From Candidatus Parcubacteria bacterium (lineage in GTDB: Bacteria > Patescibacteriota > Minisyncoccia > Phycocordibacterales > PALSA-1337), in assembly GCA_034666165.1 (NCBI GenBank), contig JAXDMJ010000012.1, positions 1 through 36,013 of the forward strand: a stretch of 36,013 nt of DNA, written 5' to 3'. A model generated the notes under the pieces. It did no database searches, was not told the DNA's origin, and saw nothing but the letters and a program-made list of their open reading frames with translations. A program made the translations under genes and the position numbers. Positions 1-9,646 of the stretch are shown here, piece by piece. How positions within the stretch are numbered: the first letter of the stretch is position 1; each line of letters begins with the position of its first letter.

Positions 1-744
1 CTCTGGCCTCTGTTTAAAGCGATCTTCACCAAAGCGGACCACATCCAGACGATATCCACGTTTCTGGCGAAGTGGGCGAGGAAAATGGGAGCAACCTGTC
101 CGATCACGGTCGTGCCGAATGCCGCCGATTTCGCGCTCTTTTCAAAACAAGTCTCCTGGGCAGATTCCGAGGCCTTGAGGCAGAAATTCGACAGGAAAGA
201 AGGCGATGTCTTCCTGATCACTACTTCGCGCTTGGTCGTCAAGAATGCCGTCGGAGACGTCATCGAATCTCTCCGCCATCTTCCGCAGAACGTCAAATTC
301 CTGATTCTCGGAGAGGGCTATGAAGAAGGCAAGCTCCGGGAAAAAGTCGCAGCGCTCGGACTTGCCGGCCGGGTCCATTTTGCCGGTCATGTCGCTCATA
401 AGGACATGCCGGCGTTTCTGGGGATTTCCGATATCTTCGTGCGGCCGGCCCTCTCCGAGGGTCTGGGCAATTCATTCCTCGAGGCCATGGCCGCCGGCAT
501 TCCCGTCATCGCCACGCCGGTCGGCGGCATTCCCGACTTTTTGAAAGACGGGGAGACCGGACTTTTCTGCGAGGTCGGCAATCCGCGGAGCATCGCCCAG
601 AAAGTGGAGAAGCTCGTCAAGGACCGCGAATCGCGGGACTACATCGTCCGAAACGCCCGCGCCATGGTCAAAGAGAAATATGAGTGGCGGCGCATCGCCG
701 AGTCGATGAAAAAAATCTTCGACTCTCTGCCGTATAGGTTATAA
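1..744 (+). CDS. GT-B glycosyltransferase (GT4/Glycos_transf_1 type), C-terminal part; 5' end lies outside the window
   Basis: Frame 1 is open from nt 1 (LWPLFKAIFTKADHIQTISTFLAKWARKMGA...), so the ORF-track start at 85 is internal. Classic GT4 C-terminal motif SEGLGNSFLEAMAAGIPVIATPVGGIPDFLKDGETG (E-x7-E). Confidence 0.85.
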   Translation, partial: LWPLFKAIFTKADHIQTISTFLAKWARKMGATCPITVVPNAADFALFSKQVSWADSEALRQKFDRKEGDVFLITTSRLVVKNAVGDVIESLRHLPQNVKFLILGEGYEEGKLREKVAALGLAGRVHFAGHVAHKDMPAFLGISDIFVRPALSEGLGNSFLEAMAAGIPVIATPVGGIPDFLKDGETGLFCEVGNPRSIAQKVEKLVKDRESRDYIVRNARAMVKEKYEWRRIAESMKKIFDSLPYRL

Positions 745-753
745 TAAGCTGTC

Positions 754-1773
754 ATGAGAATTTTGATCGCTTCCGGCATTTATCCGCCCGATATCGGAGG
801 GCCGGCGCAATACGCGCGCAATCTCTTCGAGACCTGGAAAGCGGCCGGTCACGACGTCAAAGTGGCGGCCTACCGCTGGGAACGGGCCTTTCCGCCGCTC
901 GTCCGCCACTTTCTCTATTTCTTGAAGATCGTCCGCAAAGGCTTCAAGGCCGATCTCATCTTGGTGCTCGATACCTGGTCGGCGGCCGTGCCGACCATGT
1001 ATGCCTGCTCGCTTTTGGGCAAGAAATATATCACCCGGACGGGAGGCGATTTTCTCTGGGAATCATACGTCGAACGCACCGGCGACCTCGTCTTGTTCAA
1101 AGATTTCTACCGGACGCGCTTGAACCGGCTCTCGGCCAAGGAAAAGATGGTCTTCAAGCTGGGCGGCGCATCCATGCGCAGGGCGGCGGCCGTGATCTTC
1201 AGCACGGAGTGGCAGAGAAAGATCTTTATCCCGGTCTACAAGCTCGACGGCAGACGCACCTTTATCGTGGAAAATTTCTGCGGCGCGCGCGAAGAGCCGG
1301 CCGAGCCGGAGAATCGCGCTTTTGTCGCCGGCACGCGCACGCTCAAATGGAAGAACGTCGACGTCCTCAAGATGTCATTCGAGCTGGCGCGCCAAAAAGC
1401 CAAGGCGCTCGGCTTGCCTGACATCGAGCTTGATTGCGGAAAAGCCGTCTATGACAGCTTCGTCGCCAAAGTCCGCCAATCATACGCGGTCGTCTTGGTT
1501 TCTCTGGGCGACATCAGCCCGAACATGATCTTCGACGCCATCCGCGTCGGTACGCCTTTCATTCTGACCAGAGAGACCGGCATTGGGGAGAGGGTCAAGA
1601 CCTGCGCGATCTTCGTCGATCCCGAGGACCCGAATGATATTTCCGAGAAGATCGTCTGGCTCTCGGATGCCAAGAATCGCTCGCTCTTGGCCGACAAGGT
1701 CAGAAGATTCGGGTGGGTCCATACCTGGAGCGAGATCGGGGATGAGATCCTCCGCATATCGAAGAGAACATGA
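754..1773 (+). CDS. GT-B fold glycosyltransferase-like protein (GT4-like N-terminus, divergent C-terminal half)
   Basis: N-terminus MRILIASGIYPPDIGGPAQYARNL is typical of the GT4 N-domain. Its stop overlaps the next start (ATGA at 1770-1773). The C-terminal nucleotide-sugar motif is weak (DISPNMIFDAIRVGTPFILTRETG). Confidence 0.65.
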   Translation: MRILIASGIYPPDIGGPAQYARNLFETWKAAGHDVKVAAYRWERAFPPLVRHFLYFLKIVRKGFKADLILVLDTWSAAVPTMYACSLLGKKYITRTGGDFLWESYVERTGDLVLFKDFYRTRLNRLSAKEKMVFKLGGASMRRAAAVIFSTEWQRKIFIPVYKLDGRRTFIVENFCGAREEPAEPENRAFVAGTRTLKWKNVDVLKMSFELARQKAKALGLPDIELDCGKAVYDSFVAKVRQSYAVVLVSLGDISPNMIFDAIRVGTPFILTRETGIGERVKTCAIFVDPEDPNDISEKIVWLSDAKNRSLLADKVRRFGWVHTWSEIGDEILRISKRT

Positions 1774-2897
1774 AGCCGAATATCCATGTGCTCTCGTTTT
1801 CCACTGACACCTCCATATTTGAGGAAGGCAGCGCCGTCCGGGCGCGGATGGAACACTTCGGATCTCTGGTCGCCGGCATGGATATCATTTCCTTCGGCAC
1901 CCGCTATGGGCCGGTCACTCTCGCGCTCAAGAATAACGTCGTCGTCCACCGCGCTTGGGGCAGATCGAAGATCGGAGCGGCCGTCGGAGGCCTGCGCCTA
2001 GCCAGACGATTCGCCAAGCCCGAGACGGTCATCGTTTCGCAGGACCCCTTTGAGCTCGGGCTATTGGCCGTCCTCGCTTCGTGGCTCACTAAGCGTCCGC
2101 TCCATATCCAAGTGCATATCGATTTCATGAACCCATATTTCCGGCAGGAATCATGGCGGCGAAGGTTCCAGGCCGTTCTGGCTGTCTTCACTCTGGCTCG
2201 CGCCCGAAGCATCAGAGCCGTTTCGGCCAAGATCGCCGCCTATATCCGCGAAGAAATCGGCATCAGCGCCAAAAAGATCACCATCGCGCCGATTTTTGTC
2301 GACCACAAAGCGGTCATCGAAAAGCCGATCACAGTCAATCTCCACGAGCAGTTCCCCCAGTTCGATTGGATCTTTCTCCTGGCCTCGCGGTTCGTCAAGC
2401 AAAAGAATATTCCTTTGGCCATCGAGGCTTTTGATCTGTTCAGGAAATCGCGTTCCAAGGCCGGCTTGGTGATCGTCGGCTCCGGCCCCGAAGAGCCGGC
2501 GATCAGGCAGGCCATCGAGGAACGGGAGCTCGGGTCATTGGTGAAATTGGGCTCTTGGACGCATGAATTCGCTTCGTGCATGAAGACGTCCGATGTCTTT
2601 CTCTTGTCGTCGGATTATGAGGGCTGGGCGATGACGGTCATCGAAGCCGCGGCTCTCGGCAAATCCATCGTCATGACCGATGTCGGCTGCGCCGGCGAAT
2701 TCCTGATCCATCAAAAGAACGGCCTGGTCGTGCCGGCGCGGGACCGGAAGGCTCTGGCCGATGCCATGGAAAGATATTACGGCAATCGGGCTTTTGCCAA
2801 GAACATGGCCGAAGCGGCCGAGCGCGAGGCGGCGACCTACATGACCCGCGAGGAAAGCGACCAGCTCGTCCTTAAATCGTGGCAGAGCGCCCTATGA
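1770..2897 (+). CDS. Glycosyltransferase family 4 (GT-B)
   Basis: SDYEGWAMTVIEAAALGKSIVMTDVGCAGEFLIHQKNGLVV matches the E-x7-E Glycos_transf_1 signature. ATGA start/stop overlap with the upstream gene. Confidence 0.85.
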   Translation: MKPNIHVLSFSTDTSIFEEGSAVRARMEHFGSLVAGMDIISFGTRYGPVTLALKNNVVVHRAWGRSKIGAAVGGLRLARRFAKPETVIVSQDPFELGLLAVLASWLTKRPLHIQVHIDFMNPYFRQESWRRRFQAVLAVFTLARARSIRAVSAKIAAYIREEIGISAKKITIAPIFVDHKAVIEKPITVNLHEQFPQFDWIFLLASRFVKQKNIPLAIEAFDLFRKSRSKAGLVIVGSGPEEPAIRQAIEERELGSLVKLGSWTHEFASCMKTSDVFLLSSDYEGWAMTVIEAAALGKSIVMTDVGCAGEFLIHQKNGLVVPARDRKALADAMERYYGNRAFAKNMAEAAEREAATYMTREESDQLVLKSWQSAL

Positions 2898-2927
2898 ATC
2901 AGACTTCAGCATGAATCGAAACGCCTT

Positions 2928-3965
2928 ATGAAATTGCTCGTCTTCACGCAGAAAGTCGATCTGGACGACACCGTCCTCGCTTTTTTCCATCGCTGGATCC
3001 TCGAACTGGCCAAGCACTGCGAACGGCTGACGGTCGTCTGTCTCTATAAGGGTCGGCATGAATTGCCTCCGGCCGTCAGGGTTTTTTCGCTGGGCAAAGA
3101 AACGGGAAGATCCCGCGTCAAATATGTCCGGAATTTCTTCCGCTCGGCGAGCCTGCTCAAGGACGATTATGATTCGGTCTTCGTGCATATGAACCAGGAA
3201 TATGTCTTGCTCGGCGGCTTCTATTGGAAGTCTCTCGGCAAAAAGATATTCATGTGGAGGAACCATTACGCCGGCAGCCTGCTGACCGATGCTGCCGCGC
3301 TTTTTTGCGACAAGGTTTTCTGCACCTCGAAATATTCATATACCGCGAAGTACGCCAAAACCGTCCTCATGCCCGTCGGCGTCGATACCGAGGTTTTTAA
3401 GCCGATTGAGGGCGTCAGGCGGATGGAGCATTCCATCCTCTCGCTTGGCCGCATTTCGCCTTCAAAAAAAATCGAGCAGCTGATCGAAGCGCTGGCAATC
3501 CTAAAAAAACAGGGAAGCCGATTCGTCGCTTCTATATATGGAGATGCGCTACCTCCTGACGCCGGCTATTACCGCATGCTTAAAGAAAAAGCGCGTGAAC
3601 TCGAGCTTGACGACCGGCTGTCCTTCAAGCCCGGCGTGCCGAATCGGGCGACACCGGCGATATACAGCGCGCACGACATATTCGTCAATCTGAGCCCGAG
3701 CGGCATGTTCGACAAGACGATCTTCGAAGCGATGGCCTCCGGGACGATCATCGTATCCTCGAACCGAGATCTGGCCGACAAGATAGATGCCGAGTATCTA
3801 TTCGAGGAAAATGACGTCGGCGGCCTGGCGGCGCGGATTTCCGGCCTGCTCGCCATTAGGCGTGAGGAACGCGATGCGCGCGGAGAGCGGCTGAGGAAGT
3901 ATGCCGCGGAAAATCACGGCCTCGGTTTGCTCGCCAAACGTCTGGCTCTCGAAATGAGCGCCTGA
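2928..3965 (+). CDS. Glycosyltransferase family 1/4 (GT-B)
   Basis: N-terminus MKLLVFTQKVDLDDTVLAFFHRWILELAKH. C-terminal SPSGMFDKTIFEAMASGTIIVSSN motif. 345 aa, a typical GT-B size. Confidence 0.8.
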   Translation: MKLLVFTQKVDLDDTVLAFFHRWILELAKHCERLTVVCLYKGRHELPPAVRVFSLGKETGRSRVKYVRNFFRSASLLKDDYDSVFVHMNQEYVLLGGFYWKSLGKKIFMWRNHYAGSLLTDAAALFCDKVFCTSKYSYTAKYAKTVLMPVGVDTEVFKPIEGVRRMEHSILSLGRISPSKKIEQLIEALAILKKQGSRFVASIYGDALPPDAGYYRMLKEKARELELDDRLSFKPGVPNRATPAIYSAHDIFVNLSPSGMFDKTIFEAMASGTIIVSSNRDLADKIDAEYLFEENDVGGLAARISGLLAIRREERDARGERLRKYAAENHGLGLLAKRLALEMSA

Positions 3966-3971
3966 AAATGC

Positions 3972-5162
3972 ATGAAAACGCCTCTTTCACTGTTCATGAT
4001 CAACTACGACTGGCGGGATATTTTCCGAACGTCGTTTGTCGAGCTTTACGACAAGCTTTCGCGCGATCAGCTCGACCCGGCCGGCAACGACTTTTTCTTT
4101 TTTTCCTGGGCCAACACGTCGTATGATGGCCAGAACGGCAGGATGCGGACGGTCCATCGAAAGACACGCTTGTATCCTTTGAAGCCGCTGCTCGATTTCT
4201 TGACGGCCATCCGGGTCCTATTGGTCGCGAAGAAATACGAACTGCGTCCGGATGCATGGCTCACATACGATTTCGGCATGCTGCCGGCCCTGTGGCTCGC
4301 GAAGAAGCTCTTCGGCGGCGCGATCGTCCTTATCGTGTCCAGCCAGCCGCGCGTCTATTCCAAGACGAGGAGATTCGGCGGCATCAAATCTTTCTATTCG
4401 TGGGCGACGGAAAAGCTCTGGTGGCGGCTGGCAGATCATTTCTTCACGATCAATCAGAATATGAGGACCTATTTGAAGAACATCGGCATTCCCGAAGAAG
4501 ACATCACGGTTTTTTACGTGAATACCATCGACCGCGACCTGTCATTCATCTCCCGAGCCCGAAGAGGGATCATCAAGTCGCGGCATTCGATTCCGGCAGA
4601 GGCAAAGGTCATTTTGACGGTGGCTCGGCTGGAGTCTGAAAAAAACTATCCGCGGCTGCTCGAATTGTTCGCCGGGCTCGGTCCGGGGCACATTTTGATC
4701 TGTCTCGGCCGCGGCAGCCTGCTCGGCTCCCTCACGGAAAAGTCGCGGAAGCTCGGGATCGCAGACCATGTCATTTTTCCCGGCTTCGTCCATCGCGATC
4801 AGATCTGGAATTATTATGCCGATGCCGACGCTTTCGTACTCCTGTCAAAAGCCGAAGCGCTCGGCTTGGCCTTCTGGGAAGCCATGCATATGCACGTGCC
4901 GGTCGTCGGGAGCGAAGCTGACGGCATCGTTGAGACGATCGGCCGAGACGGCGACCGCGGGCGGATCTGGCGCGAGGAGGACGGGCTAACAGGTTTCAAC
5001 GAATCCATGCGCTTCTGCCTCGCGCCGAGCCCCGAAAGAGATGCTATGCTCTTACGAGCCGCGGAATACGTGAGGATCCAGCGGGGGAATAAGGCGACAT
5101 TCAACGATCTGCCGATATTCAAAAAAAGCCAGAGCAAACATGAAAATAATCGCCGGAAATAA
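3972..5162 (+). CDS. Glycosyltransferase family 1/4 (GT-B)
   Basis: C-terminal half has LTVARLESEKNYPRLLE...LLSKAEALGLAFWEAMHMHVPVVGSEADGIVE (GT1 motif). 7-nt gap to the upstream gene. Confidence 0.8.
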   Translation: MKTPLSLFMINYDWRDIFRTSFVELYDKLSRDQLDPAGNDFFFFSWANTSYDGQNGRMRTVHRKTRLYPLKPLLDFLTAIRVLLVAKKYELRPDAWLTYDFGMLPALWLAKKLFGGAIVLIVSSQPRVYSKTRRFGGIKSFYSWATEKLWWRLADHFFTINQNMRTYLKNIGIPEEDITVFYVNTIDRDLSFISRARRGIIKSRHSIPAEAKVILTVARLESEKNYPRLLELFAGLGPGHILICLGRGSLLGSLTEKSRKLGIADHVIFPGFVHRDQIWNYYADADAFVLLSKAEALGLAFWEAMHMHVPVVGSEADGIVETIGRDGDRGRIWREEDGLTGFNESMRFCLAPSPERDAMLLRAAEYVRIQRGNKATFNDLPIFKKSQSKHENNRRK

Positions 5163-5778
5163 TTTTAAGCCTTCATTTCCGTTCATGCTCGGGAACCGTC
5201 TCCGTGGCCGGAGTTTTCTATTCGAATTCTATTTCAAGGGGAAGAGGACGCTGGATGTCGGCTGCGGCGAGGGTGAATTCATGAAGCATGATAAGGAGCT
5301 CGTCACCGGTTTCGATCCCAATCGAAGGGTCATCGACCGCCTCAAGGCGGAAGGATTCAAAGCCGTCACGGCCGACGGGACGGCCATGCCGTTTGCGGAC
5401 GGGGAATTCGAGATGGCGCATTGCCATAACGTCATCGAACATCTCGATGTTCGGACGGCCTATGCGATGCTCAAGGAAACCGCGCGCGTGCTCAAGCCGG
5501 GCGGCTCCCTGGTCTTGAGTTCCGAGACAGTCAACAAAAAATTCTGGGAGACGTTCGGCCACGTCAAGCCATATCCGCCCGCGGCCGTAATCAAGCTTTT
5601 GCGTCCGGACAGCCGGGAAGAGTTCGAGGGCCTTAATGATTTCGAACCTGTCGGGCTGTTCTACATCGGCGATCTTTTCAAGAACCGGCTGGCCTATTTC
5701 CTGTCATTCACGGTCGGCCACTTTACTCCGTTCTTCCGCCGCGAATATTTTCTGGTCCTCCGGAAGCGACAGTCATGA
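5140..5778 (+). CDS. Class I SAM-dependent methyltransferase (Methyltransf_11-like)
   Basis: Motif I LDVGCGEGEF, then FEMAHCHNVIEHLD and LKPGGSLVL. Start is uncertain: ATG 5140 overlaps the upstream gene by 23 nt, and the alternative ATG 5185 lies after its stop. Confidence 0.8.
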   Translation: MKIIAGNNFKPSFPFMLGNRLRGRSFLFEFYFKGKRTLDVGCGEGEFMKHDKELVTGFDPNRRVIDRLKAEGFKAVTADGTAMPFADGEFEMAHCHNVIEHLDVRTAYAMLKETARVLKPGGSLVLSSETVNKKFWETFGHVKPYPPAAVIKLLRPDSREEFEGLNDFEPVGLFYIGDLFKNRLAYFLSFTVGHFTPFFRREYFLVLRKRQS

Positions 5779-6821
5779 AAGTCCTATATCTCTTGAACAA
5801 GGTATCTGGCAAGGTGATCGAAGATGCCAGAAAAGGAAAAGGGCATGACAGCTGGCTTTACGGCATGCTGCGCCTGCCGAAATACGGCATTGAAACGGAA
5901 TTGCTCGAGATCGAGCAGTACATCCCTTCGGCTCTGGCGCGTTTTCTGCGGCGGCATATATTGACCATGCACTACGCCCATCTGCCGCTCTTCCCGCTTT
6001 TCTTCAGATACGATATCGTCTTTACGTCCACGGCCTACGCATCGCTTATCTTGAAAGCGATCCTGCGCGTCAGGAAGTTCAAATGGGTCATCCTTGATTT
6101 CAACGTCTTGGGGACGATCGGCGAGCGGAAGACCATTCGCCAAAAGATATATGCCTGGGCGGTGTCGAAAGCCGACGGAGTAGTGACGATTTCGGAGGCC
6201 GCCTCTCGCGCCATGGAGAAGCGATTCCCTCATCTCTCGGATAAGATCATTTTCCTCCATGAGGCCACCGACACGGATTATTTCAAGCCGCGGCCTCTCG
6301 TCAAAGAGACGAACTCGATCATTTCAGTCGGCAATTTCGGGCGCGACTTCGAGACGGCCATCGAGGCCACCAAAGATCTGGGCGTGGCGCTCCATCTGGC
6401 CACAAAACTGATTACGCCTGAGCTTGCACGGGTTTTGCCGCCGCACGTTTCAGTCAGACTTTATGATCACGGAGAGATCGTCCGGGCGTATGCCGAAGCT
6501 AAAATAGCCCTGGTGACGCTCGCTCCCAGAGACGACTATTATGATTCGGTCGGCACTTTTGCGGTCGGCGAAGCCATGGCCATGGGCAAAACCGCGATCG
6601 TCACCCATACGAAGAGCATGGAATCATACGTGACCGACAGCGTCACGGCTTTTTTCGTGCCGCATCAAAATGCTATGGCCCTGAAGGCACGGATCATCGA
6701 GCTCTTGAGAAATAATGAATTGAGGCATAGGATAGGAGAACAGGCCCGAACGTTCGCCGTCGAGAATCTCGATCCCGAACGGTTTGCGCGCCGCTTGGCG
6801 GCCTATTTCAGGACATTATGA
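5775..6821 (+). CDS. Glycosyltransferase family 1/4 (GT-B)
   Basis: C-terminal DSVGTFAVGEAMAMGKTAIVTHTKSMESYVTDSVTAFFV motif. ATGA overlaps at both ends (5775-5778 and 6818-6821). Confidence 0.75.
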   Translation: MKVLYLLNKVSGKVIEDARKGKGHDSWLYGMLRLPKYGIETELLEIEQYIPSALARFLRRHILTMHYAHLPLFPLFFRYDIVFTSTAYASLILKAILRVRKFKWVILDFNVLGTIGERKTIRQKIYAWAVSKADGVVTISEAASRAMEKRFPHLSDKIIFLHEATDTDYFKPRPLVKETNSIISVGNFGRDFETAIEATKDLGVALHLATKLITPELARVLPPHVSVRLYDHGEIVRAYAEAKIALVTLAPRDDYYDSVGTFAVGEAMAMGKTAIVTHTKSMESYVTDSVTAFFVPHQNAMALKARIIELLRNNELRHRIGEQARTFAVENLDPERFARRLAAYFRTL

Positions 6822-7759
6822 AAATCTCCATCGTTCTTCCCATTTATAACGAACAGGAAAATATCGCCATTCTGTATAAAGAGTTGGTTAAAGTCTTCAG
6901 CAAGGAAAAAAACGACTACGAGATCATCGCGGTCGATGACGCCTCGAAAGACGGCAGTCTCACCGTCCTAAAGAAGATCGCGGCGGAGGACAAGAGGGTC
7001 AAGGTCATCAGTTTCCGTTTCAACTCCGGACAGACGGCCGCCATGTCGGCCGGCATCAAACAGGCGAGCGGAGAGATCATCATTCCGATGGACGCCGACT
7101 TGCAGAATGATCCGGCTGACATTCCCAAATTCCTCTTCAAGATCGCCGAAGGATATGACGTCGTTTCCGGCTGGCGACAAAAGCGGCAGGACGACATGCT
7201 CATGCGCAAGATCCCTTCGGCGGCCGCCAACTGGCTCATCCGCACCATGACCGGCGTTCACATCCACGATTACGGCTGCTCGATGAAAGCCTATCGCCGC
7301 GGGATCATCCAAGGCATCAATCTCTACGGCGAGATGCACCGTTTCATTCCTGCCTATGCGGCCTGGCATGGCGGCAAAGTCACGGAGATCATCGTCCACC
7401 ATCGCGCCCGCGTCCACGGCCGGACGAAGTACGGAATTTCACGGACGTTCAAAGTCCTGCTCGACCTCGTTGTGGTGAAGTTTTTGGCCAAGTACATGGA
7501 CCGCCCTATGCACTTTTTCGGCGGTATCGGTTTTATCTCGCTCGGGCTCGGATTGCTCGCCGGTCTCATCGCTATTTATCTGAAGCTCGCGCACATCCGC
7601 GATTTCGTGGCCACGCCTCTGCCGATCTTCTCGGCGCTGTTCATCATCGTCGGCGTAGAGCTCGCGGTCATGGGCGTGATCGCCGAGATGATCATGCGCG
7701 TCTATTACGAGTCGCAGAACAAGCTGCCATACCAGATCTCCGAGACCGTGAACATTTAA
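6818..7759 (+). CDS. GT2 polyprenyl-phosphate glycosyltransferase (DPM1/GtrB/ArnC-like) with two C-terminal TM helices
   Basis: MKISIVLPIYNEQENI...AVDDASKDGS...MDADLQNDPADIP...HDYGCSMKAYRR...YGEMHRFIPA. C-terminal hydrophobic helices FFGGIGFISLGLGLLAGLIAIY and PIFSALFIIVGVELAVMGVIAEMI. This is the family architecture that loads a sugar onto a lipid phosphate carrier. Confidence 0.85.
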   Translation: MKISIVLPIYNEQENIAILYKELVKVFSKEKNDYEIIAVDDASKDGSLTVLKKIAAEDKRVKVISFRFNSGQTAAMSAGIKQASGEIIIPMDADLQNDPADIPKFLFKIAEGYDVVSGWRQKRQDDMLMRKIPSAAANWLIRTMTGVHIHDYGCSMKAYRRGIIQGINLYGEMHRFIPAYAAWHGGKVTEIIVHHRARVHGRTKYGISRTFKVLLDLVVVKFLAKYMDRPMHFFGGIGFISLGLGLLAGLIAIYLKLAHIRDFVATPLPIFSALFIIVGVELAVMGVIAEMIMRVYYESQNKLPYQISETVNI

Positions 7760-7760
7760 C

Positions 7761-9629
7761 ATGTGCGGGATCAGCGGCTACAGCGGCAGGGGAGACGCGG
7801 CGATTCTCCGCAAGATGAACGAAACGCTGCGCCACCGCGGTCCCGATGATGCGGGCGAGCGGATCTGGAATACCACAGGTTTCGCTTTCCGCCGGCTCGC
7901 GATCATCGATCTTTCAGTCGCCGGCCACCAGCCGATGAGCAATGAAGACGGCACGGTCTGGGTCATTTTCAACGGCGAGATCTACAATTTCGCCGAATTG
8001 AAAGACATGCTCGTCAAGCGGCACTCATTCAAAAGCGCCACCGACACCGAAGTCATCATCCATCTGTATGAAGAGATCGGCACGGAAGTCTTCTCGAAGA
8101 TCCAAGGCATGTTCGCCATCGCCCTCTATGACACGAAGAAGGACCGCCTCATCTTGGCTCGCGACCGCTTGGGCAAAAAACCTCTGTACTGGGGGATCCA
8201 TGACGGCACATTTCTATTCGGTTCGGAGCTGAAGTCCTTGATGGCTCATCCGTCATTCAGCAAAGAGCTTGACCTCGAATCGCTCAATAAATATTTCCTT
8301 TATGAGTATGTGCCGACGCCGCGGAGCATCTTCAAGAACGTTTCGAAATTGGAAGCCGGCACGTTCTTGATCTGGAATGGCCGCGAGGCCGCAAAGGAAG
8401 CGTATTGGAAGCCGACATTCATGCCGAAAGAATCGTCGTTCGCTGATTCTTTGGTCAAGCTCGATCGCTCGCTCGAGGCCGCCGTCGCCGACCGGCTGGT
8501 CGCAGACGTGCCCTTGGGCATCTTTCTTTCGGGCGGGATCGACAGCTCCGCCGTCGCCTATTATGCGGTCAAGGCCAACCGCGGCCCGGTGAAGACGTTC
8601 TCGATCGGTTTTGAGGAGCCCTCTTTCGACGAATCCGGATATGCCCGGCGCGCGGCTCGCGCTCTCTGCACCGAACATCATGAAAAGATCCTTTCGGTCA
8701 AGGATTGCCTCGAGCTTATTCCCGAGATCGGCGAACGGCTGGACGAGCCGATGGCTGATGCTTCATTGGTGCCGACATACCTGCTTTCGAAATTCACGCG
8801 CGAGCACGTGACCGTGGCCCTGGGCGGCGACGGCGGCGACGAGCTGTTTTGCGGCTACGATACGTTCTTGGCGCACCGGCTGGCCGGTCTCTATGGAAAA
8901 ATTCCCGCCTTCATCCGCACGGCGATCATCGAACGCGCCGCCCTGGCAATGCCCACCTCCCACTCGAACATGAGCCTTGATTTCAGGATAAAGAAATTCG
9001 TCAGCGGCTTCGAGGGCGACCGCGACTTCCGCAATCAGCGCTGGCTGGGAGCCTTCGACCGCAAGGAACGGCAGGCTCTATTTTCCGCCGCGGTCTCTGA
9101 CGCAGTCTCGCGGCAAAATGAATTTGACGATATCGAGCGGCTCATCCGCGGCTCCGATTCGCGGGATTTCTACGATCGCTTGGGCCTCGTCTACGAGCGC
9201 ATGTATATGATGGACGATATCCTGGTCAAAGTCGACCGCGCCAGCATGATGAATTCCCTTGAAGTCCGTGCCCCGTTCCTCGATACGCGCGTGGTCGATC
9301 TGGCCAACCGCATGCCGACCTGGTTCAAGTTCAGGGGATTAGAGCGGAAATACATTCTCAAAAAATTGATGGAAGACAAATTGCCGCGCGACATCATCTA
9401 TCGCAAGAAAAAAGGATTCGGCATGCCCGTCGCAGAATGGCTGCGAGGCGGCCTAAAGCCCCTCCTCTTGGATGTTTTGGGCAGGGAATCGCTCGGTCGC
9501 ATGGGTCTCTTCAGCTCCGGATATGTCGGGCAACTGCTTGACAAACATTTTTCCGGCTCCAAAGACAACCGCAAGCAGATCTGGACGCTGTTCATGTTCG
9601 CTCTCTGGTGGAGGAAGTGGATGGCTTAG
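7761..9629 (+). CDS. asnB: Asparagine synthase (glutamine-hydrolysing) family amidotransferase
   Basis: N-terminal nucleophile MCGISGY (Ntn class II glutamine amidotransferase). PP-loop SGGIDSS. 622 aa, the typical AsnB length. Its position inside a glycan operon suggests a glycan-amidating role (inference). Confidence 0.88.
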   Translation: MCGISGYSGRGDAAILRKMNETLRHRGPDDAGERIWNTTGFAFRRLAIIDLSVAGHQPMSNEDGTVWVIFNGEIYNFAELKDMLVKRHSFKSATDTEVIIHLYEEIGTEVFSKIQGMFAIALYDTKKDRLILARDRLGKKPLYWGIHDGTFLFGSELKSLMAHPSFSKELDLESLNKYFLYEYVPTPRSIFKNVSKLEAGTFLIWNGREAAKEAYWKPTFMPKESSFADSLVKLDRSLEAAVADRLVADVPLGIFLSGGIDSSAVAYYAVKANRGPVKTFSIGFEEPSFDESGYARRAARALCTEHHEKILSVKDCLELIPEIGERLDEPMADASLVPTYLLSKFTREHVTVALGGDGGDELFCGYDTFLAHRLAGLYGKIPAFIRTAIIERAALAMPTSHSNMSLDFRIKKFVSGFEGDRDFRNQRWLGAFDRKERQALFSAAVSDAVSRQNEFDDIERLIRGSDSRDFYDRLGLVYERMYMMDDILVKVDRASMMNSLEVRAPFLDTRVVDLANRMPTWFKFRGLERKYILKKLMEDKLPRDIIYRKKKGFGMPVAEWLRGGLKPLLLDVLGRESLGRMGLFSSGYVGQLLDKHFSGSKDNRKQIWTLFMFALWWRKWMA

Positions 9630-9646
9630 AGTATAATGCCCAAATT

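Noticed and set aside
3965-3975. Short repeated hexamers at gene junctions (TGAAAA x2 at about 3963-3978; TGAATC x2 at about 2895-2916)
   Set aside because: They are too short (6 bp) to distinguish from chance or from ordinary stop/start sequence context, unlike the 13-14-bp duplications reported in the findings.
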